The notes below the pieces were generated by a model, which was given only the letters and a program-made list of their open reading frames with translations, searched no databases and had not been told where the DNA came from. A stretch of DNA of 64,000 nt from Piedraia hortae CBS 480.64 (taxonomy: Eukaryota). The DNA lies in NCBI GenBank assembly GCA_010093745.1, contig MU005987.1, forward strand, positions 62,001 to 126,000, given 5' to 3'. Made by a program: the position numbers and the translations under genes. Below are positions 1 through 11,728 of the stretch, piece by piece. Each line of letters begins with the position of its first letter. Positions within the stretch are counted from its first letter, which is position 1.

Positions 1-639
1 TTTCGGGGATTTGCGTCCGCATTCCTATAGGACTCTGGAAGTCAATATCTCTACAACGGCCGTTTTACCCACCCGAGAAGAACAAAACGCAAGCATGCAG
101 CAGAAAAACAGAAGGAGAAGTATGCTCCAGTGCAAGAACGCAAGATTGATGTTAATAACGCGTGCTGTCCCCTGCTAGGCCAGCTAACACCGCATACACA
201 TCGACTTCCAAAGCAAGGCAGTGGACAAGCCTTCTCAAGTCCATCCACTGGCAGGAAGGAAAGAGAGCCACAGTCACTTCTTACATATAAAGCGTCGAAA
301 GAGTCGTCCTAGAGCAAGAGTACGTCTCTTTTGAGCATTCTAGCTTCCCCTAAGACAGCCTCGAAGCAGAACATTGCACCGAACGGATACTTTCTCAAGG
401 TCACCCGTCGACTAGACGGCAAGAGATACGGCGAGTGCCTATATCCTGCGAACAAACGACCCAAGTACCTGACGTCAGAAACATCTATTCGCCCTCTCCC
501 TAGCAGTGAACCAGCTACAATTGAGATACTAATGACACCTAAAAGGAAGACATTACACCATGTGGCCTTGGCGTTTCTCCTACGTAGTTATTGTTTCTTT
601 TCCTGGTTTCCTGGCTGTCCTCGAGGATTGAATCGTTAT

Positions 640-1060
640 GAGAGGTATGCGCATGACAACCCTGTGTGGGGTTTAAACCTCAACAAACGAAGTCCGGCAG
701 CAGCATCTCCATGCACAATAAGTCGATGTTGCACTCTCGAGGAATAAGTTGTCAATGGAGAAAGGCTATGCTTGCCTGAACGTATGGCAGGCGCTTGACA
801 AGCCTGTTCACCAACACGGGACGTGGCAAAAAGACTGCTAAGAACGGTTATTACGTATGGTATTGGGGTTGAGAGGAGGCCATTGCTATCTTGTCGCGCA
901 GCCTGCTAAATCATGAGATCTTGTTGTCTGGGATTGGTTATAAATATTTAGCGCGAGATTGTGGGTGCACACAGGGGCAGGCGGTTGTTGGATATCTAGC
1001 TCGTCAGAACAAAGATTTGTTCATCTTATTGTCCTATCCTGTTAATTCACCTTCATCAGC
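640..1060 (+). mobile_element. Possible highly degraded Ty1/copia 3' end (RNase H-like fragment, PPT-like tract, LTR-like segment)
   Basis: Frame-broken text 'HDN...VDV...LEE*VVNGE...ERMAG' loosely follows the copia RNase H end. It is followed by purine-rich TTGAGAGGAGG (~869-879) and TATAAATA (~938). The similarity is weak. Confidence 0.3.
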
Positions 1061-2603
1061 CTGTTGTAGCATCCTTAGAGCTCTTCAGGCGACGCATTGA
1101 GCTTAGTCATCGAATTCACCGATTTGTGTGGCATGATGTAATTCTTGGCGGGAAAACAACTGCATGTGAACATCACTCAAGTCTCATTACATTCAATCCA
1201 ACTCACCCTCATCTTCTGGTCGTTAGCCAGTGGACGATCTGAGGGACAAAGTCGGTACGCCCAACAAAAGAAGGTAAACTACAAGAAGATAAAGAACGAT
1301 ACAGGCATGCATGCCTCACGGGGCCGCAATACCGACCCTTCACAAGTGCAAGCAAATATTGAGTTGCTCAAGGACATACTCGAGTGTTCAAGCGAGGGTT
1401 GCTGATTTGATATGCAAGGTGCATTTGACCTTCCACGCCTTGAAGATCTTGTTGCCCCGAAAAGGATGTTTCATTTCGTCCCGCTCTCTCCCGGGAAACA
1501 TCGTGTCTCTCAACATGAACACGCTCAGAGCTGCAATCGCCCACAGCATCCCCTCGCACAGACGCTCAATTTAATTCGGCAAAAGAACGCCGGCCGACTT
1601 GCCGGAGGGATACCGGTGTGATGTGCAGTTGGCATTAAGCCAGTTCAAGGATCTGATAAGTTCGTCGAGGACATAGTTAGGTGCAGTAATTTGTACTGAT
1701 GTTCATGCAGGACAGATCAAGCCTTCCGGCAGAGATGTACTCAAAGAATGTGTCCACCACAAGTAGTCATATCCCTCCTATCATGTTGTGGTGAACTTGA
1801 CTGGTAGGTTTTGGATAGCTCCAATCGAACAAGTCCAAGAAAGAGCCGGGAAAGAGAGTGGTTGGCGTGCGGTTCTTCCTCCGCAAGTAGCACGCGGCAT
1901 CCATCCATGCCAACGATGACTGCCGGTTTAAGGCCGCGCACGAGAAGACTGTCCTCGCGGTGCAGCATGGTCCACAAAGCGGAGGTTCTCACGCGCAAAA
2001 CCCTCCCAAAGGCCTCGGGAAGGTGCGAGATAGAGTTGAGAAGCGGCAAGGCGGTCGAGAAAGCGGTGCAGACGGCGTTCCGTTAGCAGGTTGACGAGAA
2101 AAGGCAGTGGATTGAGGCGGACAAAGGATCTGCAAAGGATACGGAAGCGAAGGAGCGAGCCATTAGGACTGCCTTTTGAGAAAGTTTTCGGGCGATAGTT
2201 TTGGTCGAGAGAGGCAGACGTCTGTGTTGTCACGTAGTCTTTGAAAATGATTGGTCTTGGTCGACGACAAGTTGCAATGAAGACCCTTTACGAGATGGAA
2301 TGCATATGCACGAGTTTGAATCTAGACCAGATCGAGAGGACATAAAGACCAAATTACTTGTGTTTGTGCCCTTGCGCTATACAAGTTATGCAGCAGTAGC
2401 AGAGGCCATGCGCTAAAAGGGCTCGGTCGGACTAATATGCCATCATAAATTCATAATATCTATCCGCAATCGCCAATCATGACTCTCACGCAAAGCTAAC
2501 CACCTCATATCATCATAAATGCATGAAATTCTATCCATCATAGCCTTCTATCGTCAATGGCTCAAAGCTGATCCACCAAGTCATACCAGCATGAAAGCCC
2601 AAC

Positions 2604-3062
2604 CTAACCTCTTCCCCTGGGAACAAAAGGAACAGAATATGCCACAACCCCAAATTGTCCCGTCGGCTTTCTCGTAAACTTTAGGAAGAACCTCGTGTGT
2701 TCCCTCTTCGAATGTGCATCTCTCATGGCCATTCTATTCCGTGTGCTTCTTCCACTTACGCCCTTGAATCTCTTCGGAGAGTCCCTTTCCAACACTTGTA
2801 CCCTCTTCGTGCTCGGCGGGGAAGATTCCAGGGATTTGACCCTCTTCGCGGGAGGGGGACAGTTCGTTAGGTCTTTCAGGACTTTCCTTTTTTTGCTGGG
2901 AGGGGAGTCCACCTCGCCTTGCGGTAACCCCCTCTTCTTGTTCGTTGGGGAAGGGTTCATTTCGTCTTCTAGTGATAGTTCCCGTTTCCGAATGGGTAGG
3001 GAAGCCCTCAAGATAATCCTCGGCGAGGGAGGGGGTGAGAGGATTGCAGTTTCTTTGAACAT
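2604..3062 (-). CDS. Small basic orphan protein (152 aa) with D-box-like motif and NLS-like repeats
   Basis: ATG-initiated ORF with a TATA-like element about 100 bp upstream. It contains RKVLKDLTN (RxxLxDxxN) and four S/C-P-x-x-(K)KR units. No family recognised. Confidence 0.5.
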   Translation of the reverse strand: MFKETAILSPPPSPRIILRASLPIRKRELSLEDEMNPSPTNKKRGLPQGEVDSPPSKKRKVLKDLTNCPPPAKRVKSLESSPPSTKRVQVLERDSPKRFKGVSGRSTRNRMAMRDAHSKREHTRFFLKFTRKPTGQFGVVAYSVPFVPRGRG

Positions 3063-3482
3063 CTTAAAGCACTACGACAGGGGAGATATGTTGGAGCTTT
3101 GAGTTGTAGGGATTCCGCTTCCAGAAGTGGGTAATAAAGGAGGAGAGAAGGGGGGCTATATGTACGTCTTCCACTCCCACCCACCCCATCCCAACGAAGA
3201 AGTCATCCGGTAGAGCCATCAGTCGATGCCTCCGAGTGACACAGTCCTGTGATAGCACCTTGCATCATCTCTGTGGCTGGTCGTGGCTGGATCCCAACGG
3301 TCCCCTCGGTGGTTGAGCGAGATCAGGTGACACATGACCACGCCACACTTTCACCTCCACATCGAAAACCAAAACCCTGTCAGTGGCTAGGAACTTTGTA
3401 ATGGCCACCCATCCACCCTGTACAATTCCCTCGAAACAAATCTATCATTCCCATGTATGTACAAAAACACCCGACAAAACTC

Positions 3483-5613
3483 TCAAGACCAAACATCCTC
3501 CTGATACTGATTACTCGCGCGCATCTTCTTAACCTCCTCCTCCGCCCTCTTCTTCTCCACACGTCTCTCTTGTTCAATAATCTGGACCAAAGTGTCGTTC
3601 ACATCGCGTGCCATACGCGCCGCATCGCCACAGACGTAGAAATATCCCTTCTGCGTCAGCAGAGAATTAACTTCCTTTGCGTGCTGTTTAAGCAAATGCT
3701 GGACATAGACCTTGCTGGGACCGTCGCGGGAGAAGGCCGTGTAGAGGTCGAAGCGGTCGCCTAGGATTTCTTTGCATTCCTGATATCGAAGTTAGCGGGA
3801 GGGTGGGATTGTGGAGAAGACGTACCTTCCACTCGTCCTCGTAGAGAAAGTCTTGGGTTCGATGTCTACAGCCAAAGAATAGGATGGTCTTGCCTACTTC
3901 CTCCCCGTTCTTGGCTTGCTGCATGCGTTCCTGCACGAACCCGCGGAAGGGTGCTACGCCCGTTCCGGGCCCGACCATAATGACTGGTCTTTGCGGGTTG
4001 GAGGGCAGCTTGAAGTTCGTGTGGCGGACGTGGACCGGGACGTGGATTCCGTCGTATTTGTTTCGGGGCCCGTTGAGGGCGTAGTCCAGTCCGTAGGGGT
4101 CTGGATTCTCTACGCCGTGCTGCTTCATCATTAGTGCGGCGAGGTAGTTTGTTGTTACGCCGCGAACGACGTGTGGGGATAAGTCAGATTCCAAGGGGGA
4201 GACAACGGCTGTGATTGCGATTTTGTTCTTTTGGACTAGAGAGCTGGAGGAGATGGAGTAGTAACGTGCTTGGATCTTGTGGAGGCTTTCGATGAAGATT
4301 GTGAAGGGAATGTTGGTCCATTTCTCGCCTTTGGACATGTGCGAGAGGAATTGGGCAATATTGTAGTTCTTTTCAGTCACGGCTTTGGAGAAGATGTCCT
4401 TGTCGCTGCCGATTTTGGCCATCTCTGCTTTGATGGATTCGTTTGGTGAGAATTGGGCGAGTGAGGCGACGAACTGTCGAGAGACTGGGGCGCAGATTTC
4501 CAATTGATAGCGAACAACGGTGTCATAGGTCGTAGGTGAGGGGAAGGGCACTCTGGCTGTCAAATCAAGGCCTTTGACGGCAATGACAGTGTGGCGTTTC
4601 TCTGTCAAACCGAGAATGTCAATGAACCGATCCACTTCCTTTCCAGGATTATTCGGCCATACGGCGATATGGTCACCTGTCTTGTAGGACAAATTCGAAC
4701 CTGAGATGTCAACTTCCAGGTGTAGACAGCTCCGCTTGGGGTCTTTGAACAGATCCTTGGATTCGGTGATGGGCGCAATATACGGATTGTGCTGGTTATA
4801 CGGGCCTCTGGAATGGCCTTCGAGATGGTTCTTGTTTGGCTCTCCCAAATAGACCGTGTTGTCCTCGATGTTCATGTCTGGCTTTTCGGTGATTTCAAAC
4901 ACGGGCTCATATATAGCCTCGCGCTCCTCCAAGTTCATGGACTTGGCAACTGCCGCCCACATTGGTTCTTTCCATGCCAAAAAATCCTCTTCCATAGTCC
5001 CGGCTCCATCGTCTCCCTCGCCTGCCTCACCGATGCGCTTTGCGCCGAGCTTGTCCAAGAACTTTGTGACATTTCGAACCATGGAGTTGTAATGCTCATA
5101 AGTATTATTACCGAGACCAAAAGCCACATAATTCAGAGAGCTGAGAGGCTGCGAGTCGACACCACCCTTCTCCGAGAACGAAACATCTTCATCGCTGATG
5201 AAGCCGTAGAACTCGACCGCGTTGTCCGTCGGTTCGCCCTCACCGTACGTTGCGAGTACAAAAATAGCCAACTTATCCTCCGGGAACTGGTCCAGATTTT
5301 CGTAGTCATAGTCTTCCAAATCGGCAGTCATTGTCTTGAGTCCGAAGCGAGATGAACCTTCCTTTGCAAGACGGGAAGCGTAGTCCTCGGCTGTGCCGGT
5401 CTGGGATCCATAGAATACTACGCAGTTCTTGCCTGACTCCTCCATGCTTTCCAGCACATCGCGGCCTGAGGCGGCCTTGGATGCGCCGTTTGCCAATGAA
5501 GCGGCATAGGGATCTTTGGGAACAGCCCAGTAGACGCCTTTGGTGAAGTAGGCGATCGTGGCGATGGCAAGCACCACCAGCACCACGATGTCCAGAGTGT
5601 CTAGCTGTGCCAT
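3483..5613 (-). CDS. cprA: NADPH-cytochrome P450 reductase
   Basis: N-terminal membrane anchor MAQLDTLD; FMN motifs YGSQTGTAE and ATYGEGEPTDNA; RYYSISSS; GPGTGVAPFRGF; C-terminal YQEDVWS. One 46-nt intron at 3780-3825 (GTACGT..GCTAAC..CAG) joins the two ORF-track pieces. Confidence 0.97.
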
Positions 5614-5895
5614 TTCTATCAAAGGGGCGACAATACTTCTTTGAATCGGACATGATGTGGGGCACACGGGAACGGCAGCGGGGTCGGGATGACGCATGAC
5701 GTCGGCAGAAGCCAAACTTTGATTTTTCACAGCAATTTTTTCATTGCTACATTCACACATCTTCACTGGTGCACTGGACATCAAGACGTTATAGTCAGTG
5801 AAGGACAGCAATATTAGGATTCCATAGTTGGCGCTACGAGACTAGTAATGTTTACACTACATCCTTACGAAGCATAGAATAGGCGATTAGGCATC

Positions 5896-8800
5896 CTACC
5901 AGAACGGGGCAGGAGCAGCTTTCTTAGGCGGCTTGGCCCACTGGCTAGACCTGCGATGGTTGGTCTTCTTCGTGCCAGCCGCTCCACTATTTTTGGCATT
6001 CTTCTTGCCCTTCTTCTTGATATTCTTGTTGACCAGGGTCGTGCCGGGAATGCTGACACGGATAGACAAATGTGAACTTCCGAAATAGGCCTGGACATTG
6101 CGCTTTGAACAAATGTCATGTTTGGTCCGAGTATCGACAGCGCGAGGTGCGCGATCAGTTTTGGGCACCGGCGCCGCTGCGTACATGGAAGAAGAAACGT
6201 CGGGTACACGTACGCGAGGCTGTGAGCCAAAGCTTAGCTCGTCGCTGAAGATAAAATCGGTAGTAGGTTTGGTCAGCATAGCATCAGGCTCAGAGGCTTT
6301 GGTAGTCGCATAAGGAAGCGACACAGTAGCCGGAGCTGCACCGTGTGCATCTGAAGTGGCCTTGCTAGTAGCTGCAGGAGCGAGTGCCGAGTCTTGTGCC
6401 TTGGGCGGCGTGCGCGGAGGAGAAGGCGGAACCTCGGTAGTGACAGCGGTGCGGCTGAAGAGTCCGTTGAAACGGGCTTGCCAGTCCTCGACCGGTCGGA
6501 TGTTGCTACGACTCGGACCCGAAGTAGCCTGTTTCTGCGACGGCTTGGCCACCTGGGGAGGGAGCCGGACGCGCGGGGAATTCGGGGGCAATTTCACGTT
6601 AGGAGATCTTGAATTGCCGTCAGCAACGTGATCATCGCCCGGCGGAGGCGGCTCTATGCCCATGAGTGCATAAGTGAATGACAACAACGGCTCCTTTGGA
6701 TAGTGCTCGCGCGTCTTTTGGGCACTTGGTGGAGCGGGACTCACTTGCTTAGATTTGGCTGCGTTTTCGCCACTGGCAGTGCTCGAAGCACTGGCTGTAG
6801 GGCCTGATGCACCTGTAGAGCCCCAGGGTCTGTCCCAGATGTTGGACGACAGTTTGGTCTGATCGTGGTGGCTCAGCATTGCCGGGAAGGGCGTCGGGGC
6901 GGCCTTGCCCTCGGCGGATTTGGTTACGAGGTGGGCCAATCTATCTCCCGTCGCCTCCCGTTCCAGACGGCGAGCTGCTGTGTTTGCTGCAATCTGTTCT
7001 TCGTGCTCCTGCGTCTTGCGTTCTGCCAGTCTGTTCCACGCCGAAGCTCCTGGACGGCGCTGATTCGGCTGAGGCTGAGATGCGCGCGATGGGGGCCCTA
7101 TGGGACCCGGCGCATGTGCAGGGCGTCGAGTCTCGGGTCCATTGTCGGAGAGTCGAGGGGCCGACGGTCTGTTAATGCCAAAAGGTGGCGGGAGAGAAAC
7201 CTGGTGCGACATTGGAACAGGCGCGAAGCTACTGGCCTTGTCAAACGTGCCGTTTCCAATACCCGATGCTCCCCACACATTACCTCCGAGTGCGGGATTG
7301 CTCCAACCTTGGAAAGCGTCTTTGGTAGGAAGGGGTGATCGGTAAGGAAGAGGTTTGCGATCACTAGGAGGGGAATAACCCGACTGTGGTTGCGAGAGAG
7401 AAGTTTGTCCACGTGACTGAGGTGTTGTTGTCACGTGTGGTTGAGTCTCATGTGACAGCACTGGCTCAGATTGGGTCGATGTTTGGACCGACACAGGTGA
7501 AGGCGAGGGAAGTTTTGCCTCTTGTGGCGGCACTAACGGCCACTTCTCTTTGGTATTCTCCTGGGTGTTCTCTTGAGCATTTTCCTGCACGTTCTCTTGC
7601 ACACTTTTCTTGGCGTTTTCTTGGGCAATTTTCTGTTCCTTTTCTTGGCTCGAATCTTGAGTTTTAGGTTCTGCGGGCTTAGCCGCAATGACGGTCTTTT
7701 TCTCTGCTGCCGGTTCTTTTGATTTTTTGGCAGCTTTAGCCGCTGCAGCTTCAGCTTCGCGCTCTTTTCTAGACTTGCCCGCGTTTTCGAGCGCTGCTAG
7801 TTTCGCCTTGAGCCTTTCTTGTTTCTCCTTCTCCAGACGTTCTTCTTCCTCTCTCCGGCGTTTAATTGCCTCTTGACGCTTCTCGCGCATGATCCGTTCC
7901 TGAATCCTGACTACATCCTCTGCTGGTTCAGCTGGCTGCGTCTCCGTATCCTCGCCCGGTTTGTTGGGAATGGGCTGATCTTCGGGTGCCGCTTCTGCCA
8001 CCAGCTTATCCTCTGGTTTAGACGCTAGATCATTCCGAACGGCCTCTCTGACTGCATGTGAACTACGCTGGCTGAGGACAGAACTCCGTCTGCGGCTCCA
8101 AGCAGGAGTGTTTACCTCGCTTGAATCCGCTGTAGTGGACGGCCTCCGTAGCACTGCTGGCTTCCGGAAAGAGTCTGTTCGAGCTGCACCTCGACGATTG
8201 CTTTCGGAAACTGGCTCATATCGGCCGCTGGAATAATTGAAAAGTTCACGGGGCGCACCGTCATTTTCGCGCCAAGACCTGTCAAACGTGTCAACCGCGA
8301 TTTCCCGCGCAGGTGTCTGTGCTGAAGGTTCTTCCAGCATACGTGCGTCTTGCATACGCAAATGCGACTGAGATCTCGTCTCCTGCTGCTGTGTTGGCGG
8401 GAGAATGGGGGAAACTGCAGCGACTGGCGGAAGGACAGCCCAGGGCGACTTTGCTGGAGCTGGAGCCGACGTTCCTTTTTCACTCGCCTTCTCGATTGAT
8501 GGAGAGGCCTGGTCAGCGCGAGCGCCTTGAGCCAAAACGCCAGGTCTGAGGATGGTTTTGGGCTTGACATCTTCAGCCTTTCCAGAAGGCACAGATTCTT
8601 TAGTAGGGGGAGATCGCTCCACTGGCGCTACGATTGTCTTGGTGCCGTCCATCCACTCCACCGTCTCTGGCGCCCCACCATCCTCCTCATCGTCTAGATC
8701 AGCCCACTTGGCCGCTTTACCAGCTCCATCTGATTGCAAACGCGTTGCCAGATGTATGCCGTACTGCTGCTGGAGCTCCTCGTCTGTGACTGCCTTTGCA

Positions 8801-9309
8801 GGCTGTGGAGGTGGAGCTACATGGGTCAGGTTTATGACATCGAGATCCTCAACATACTTACGTTTGTTTCTATTCCATACATTGCTCGGCTCGGGCTTCT
8901 TGCTCTCCGGGCCTGCGCGGGCCTTTTGCGAATTTTGCAGAGCTCCAATCTTCGCAACAAGCCTGGGCTTCGCAGCTGATAGAGCTGGTTGAGCAGCAGA
9001 GGCCAGTGGGCTCGGCTTATCACCAACACTGGCGGCAACAGGCGCTGGAGAAGCGGTTTTCGCCAGGAAATTCTTAGTCACTGCAACCTTGCTGAACGTC
9101 GTCGGCTTCTTAGCCGTGTTTGTCCGGCTTAACGGGGGACCGCTGTCCTTTTTCTCCACATCCGAGCTCACAGCCTCGCCTTCTGCGTGATCGGCTGCGC
9201 CGTCAGCGACAACATCGATGTTGGCTCCGCTCGCAGTCGCGTCGGCCGACGCTTTGGCAGCGGTCGCTGACTCCGTATCCTTTACCACATCGGGACTTTG
9301 CTCTGCCAT
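5896..9309 (-). CDS. Large low-complexity, coiled-coil hypothetical protein
   Basis: Open frame of over 1100 codons, with a conserved-looking block YGIHLATRLQ..KWADLDDEED and an R/E/K coiled coil. Probable in-frame 45-nt intron at 8817-8861 (GTAAGT..CTGAC..TAG). Start could be 9309 or 9348. Confidence 0.8.
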   Translation of the reverse strand: MAEQSPDVVKDTESATAAKASADATASGANIDVVADGAADHAEGEAVSSDVEKKDSGPPLSRTNTAKKPTTFSKVAVTKNFLAKTASPAPVAASVGDKPSPLASAAQPALSAAKPRLVAKIGALQNSQKARAGPESKKPEPSNVWNRNKRKYVEDLDVINLTHVAPPPQPAKAVTDEELQQQYGIHLATRLQSDGAGKAAKWADLDDEEDGGAPETVEWMDGTKTIVAPVERSPPTKESVPSGKAEDVKPKTILRPGVLAQGARADQASPSIEKASEKGTSAPAPAKSPWAVLPPVAAVSPILPPTQQQETRSQSHLRMQDARMLEEPSAQTPAREIAVDTFDRSWRENDGAPRELFNYSSGRYEPVSESNRRGAARTDSFRKPAVLRRPSTTADSSEVNTPAWSRRRSSVLSQRSSHAVREAVRNDLASKPEDKLVAEAAPEDQPIPNKPGEDTETQPAEPAEDVVRIQERIMREKRQEAIKRRREEEERLEKEKQERLKAKLAALENAGKSRKEREAEAAAAKAAKKSKEPAAEKKTVIAAKPAEPKTQDSSQEKEQKIAQENAKKSVQENVQENAQENTQENTKEKWPLVPPQEAKLPSPSPVSVQTSTQSEPVLSHETQPHVTTTPQSRGQTSLSQPQSGYSPPSDRKPLPYRSPLPTKDAFQGWSNPALGGNVWGASGIGNGTFDKASSFAPVPMSHQVSLPPPFGINRPSAPRLSDNGPETRRPAHAPGPIGPPSRASQPQPNQRRPGASAWNRLAERKTQEHEEQIAANTAARRLEREATGDRLAHLVTKSAEGKAAPTPFPAMLSHHDQTKLSSNIWDRPWGSTGASGPTASASSTASGENAAKSKQVSPAPPSAQKTREHYPKEPLLSFTYALMGIEPPPPGDDHVADGNSRSPNVKLPPNSPRVRLPPQVAKPSQKQATSGPSRSNIRPVEDWQARFNGLFSRTAVTTEVPPSPPRTPPKAQDSALAPAATSKATSDAHGAAPATVSLPYATTKASEPDAMLTKPTTDFIFSDELSFGSQPRVRVPDVSSSMYAAAPVPKTDRAPRAVDTRTKHDICSKRNVQAYFGSSHLSIRVSIPGTTLVNKNIKKKGKKNAKNSGAAGTKKTNHRRSSQWAKPPKKAAPAPFW

Positions 9310-9771
9310 CACAATTCTGCGACTGGGGTCTGTCAGCTTGGAAGACATTTTGGAGAGTTTCCTGTCCCATCCAAGGCACATACGCAACGTACCTCTGCCG
9401 TGCTTGTGGGTATGCAGGCGCACTTTCAAGGCGCGTGAAGACTTGGGCTCTTCTGCTTGTCGGGCTGGTCGTCCGGCAACTCGTGACCAAAGTGGCTCGT
9501 GCACTTAACTTTTCCGAATTTGGACCACTCTGCGGCCGCCGATGTCTGGAATGCGGCTATGCACGATGAAAGTTGGTTTTTGCGCTTCAAAACAGCTTGG
9601 AAACTGTTACCAGCAGTGCTGCCCTCTTTGACCAGCCTGGACAGGCGTCGTTGGGAAGGGTGGTGGGGGTGGGGATGTTCGTCTTGACGTCGCGCGAAGT
9701 GGGGTTGTCTAACCGCAATAGGCAAATATTGCCTAGCACTAGTGTCACATTGAAATAAAGGCTAACAATTG

Positions 9772-10674
9772 TTACAGCCTTCCACGATAACCATGTTCGT
9801 GATCAAATGCCTTGATCAATCCCATAAAGTGTGATGTAGCTGCGAGCAGGACAAGGAGATGGAATATTTGATGTGAGCTTCCAAACAGGTCGAATCGTCC
9901 CGGATGGAATCTCTCTGGTATTCTCGCCTATGTCGTCAGAACCAGCTCAGGATGTTATCAGAGACTTACAGCGTAAATGGTGGCACCAGCAAGGTACAAC
10001 ACACCTTGAAGGACCAGCCATGAGAGCCCAATCTGTTTTTCGAGCTTGGCAAATCCATACTTTGACAATCCGTGGATAACGGGCACGACAGCACTGATAC
10101 CCAGGCACACATACGTCTTGGCCCGAAAAGAGCGCCACTCGGGCGTGCGGAAGCGCCGCAGCAGCACAACACTCAGGGTCAGAGCGCTCATGCTGGTGAT
10201 CATGCCCCAGTACAGATTGACTAGACCAGGCTCACGGCTGAAGCCATAATAGATGGACGGAACAAAGCTGCCCCAGATCATGAAGACAATGCCAACGTGG
10301 TCTAGCATGTTGCCTATCCTCGAGACCGTCTGGGAATGGTTGGAAATGGTGTGATAAGTGGCTGACATTCCCAGACATGCTATAGCTCCAAGGAAGAAGC
10401 AGGAGAAGACGAGGGTGTCTTCGTGCGTAGCCAGAATGAAGCGAGGTTGAATGACCCTCCACATAACGAGTCCCACAACTGCTGCGGCGATTGCTCCAAT
10501 GAGATGTGTCCATATGTTGACCGATTCATTGTGCAGCTGTGCAATACTCGTGACCGACTTGCGCCACGAATTGGACGGCGGACGGTAGTGTCCGCGAATG
10601 TAGTGATTGTCCTGCAGCCAGCTGGGCAGGTCTGGGAAAAGGAGTGTAAGGGCATCTTTCTGCCGTTTTTCCAT
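9772..10674 (-). CDS. PAQR / hemolysin-III (IZH-like) membrane protein
   Basis: Motifs DNHYIRGHYR, HNESVNIWTH, SATYH, LDHVGI. A 42-nt intron at 9928-9969 leads to exon 2, ARIPERFHPGRFDLFGSSHQIFH, ending in TAA at 9772. Confidence 0.93.
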
Positions 10675-10720
10675 TTTCGATGTTGATGTTTAGTGCAGGT
10701 GGGGCGGATCCACAACAACA

Positions 10721-11619
10721 ATGAATACGGAACCCATACGCCGCCAGTCGATACGCTGGGCGCGGCGCAGGGTGGGCAATATAGATCCTTTAGAAGCTTA
10801 CGGATTGCCTTCCAGAGGCGAAACAGGGTGGGTCAACCTTTTGACATGAGTCCTTCAAGTTAACCACTCAAAAGTCTGTTCGACTACAAGGCCCAGGAAA
10901 AGTACTACAATGAAATCGTCGAGCGATATATCAAATTTTATGCCGCTTCCAAAGGTGAAAGCGGAATGGTAGATTTGGAACAGTCTTTTGCGGATATGTT
11001 GATCAAAGATGACTCGCCCAAGGGAACGTCCAAGGACATGTCCGTCATCCTCATGGCAATGCGTAAACTACGTGAGGGCATCACCAGCTCCAGGAGATGT
11101 GACCACTTTGCTCAACGAGCCTATGTTTTTATCGTGCATGCAGGCATCCTGGCTCGACATTGGGAAACATATCAGCCGGCGCTGAACTACCTTTTGAACT
11201 GTATTCATCCTCAAACCCCGCTCTCGCCTCCGGAATTGCAAGAGGTAGTTAGCTATCAAGCCTTGGATCTTGCTTGTCGCCAGGACGAGCTCATGGACGC
11301 TTTTGCAGTGAAGCAGGCGCATAAGATTAATGATCGAGTTGTCAATGCCGTTCTGATCTCCTTGGTCCAGGACAACTGGGTTCGCTTCTGGAGGCTGCAG
11401 AAACTCGTTGATGGATATCAGCATGCACTGATGGAGTTTTCCCGCGAACGAATGCGTACTCATACGCTGAAATGTCTTGGACGTAGCTATCTCAAAGCGG
11501 ATCAGGACTTCGTAGAGCGTTCTGCTGATGCGTCCTGGTCTGAACTGGTCAAAGGCGGTGTCGGCTGGCAATTGCAGGAAGACAAAAGCGTCGTGATCCG
11601 GAAGCCGAGGGCTGGCTGA
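10721..11619 (+). CDS. PCI-fold (SAC3/GANP/CSN8-like) domain protein
   Basis: ATG 10721, exon 1 ...DPLEAYGLPSRGET, 47-nt intron at 10828-10874 (GTGGGT..TTAAC..AAG), then LFDYKAQEKYY.. continuing into the ORF-track protein with MRKLREGI and TLKCLGRSY. Confidence 0.78.
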
Positions 11620-11728
11620 GTTCCAACCAGCATGATCACACCATCTTGAATTCAGCATAATTGACCAGTACCAGGTCTCCATGATGATCAGCACAGCATC
11701 GGAATTTCCCGCATGATCAGCACCAGTT

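Noticed and set aside
1145..2416. Short ORFs in the left gene-poor region
   Set aside because: Mostly non-ATG or stop-interrupted, with no recognisable domain.
3483..5613. P450 reductase as part of a secondary-metabolite cluster with the NRPS
   Set aside because: They are about 57 kb apart, separated by housekeeping genes, with no P450 nearby.
5614..5811. 66-aa N-terminal extension of the P450 reductase in the ORF track
   Set aside because: It starts at a non-ATG codon; the family-typical start MAQLDTLD is at 5613.
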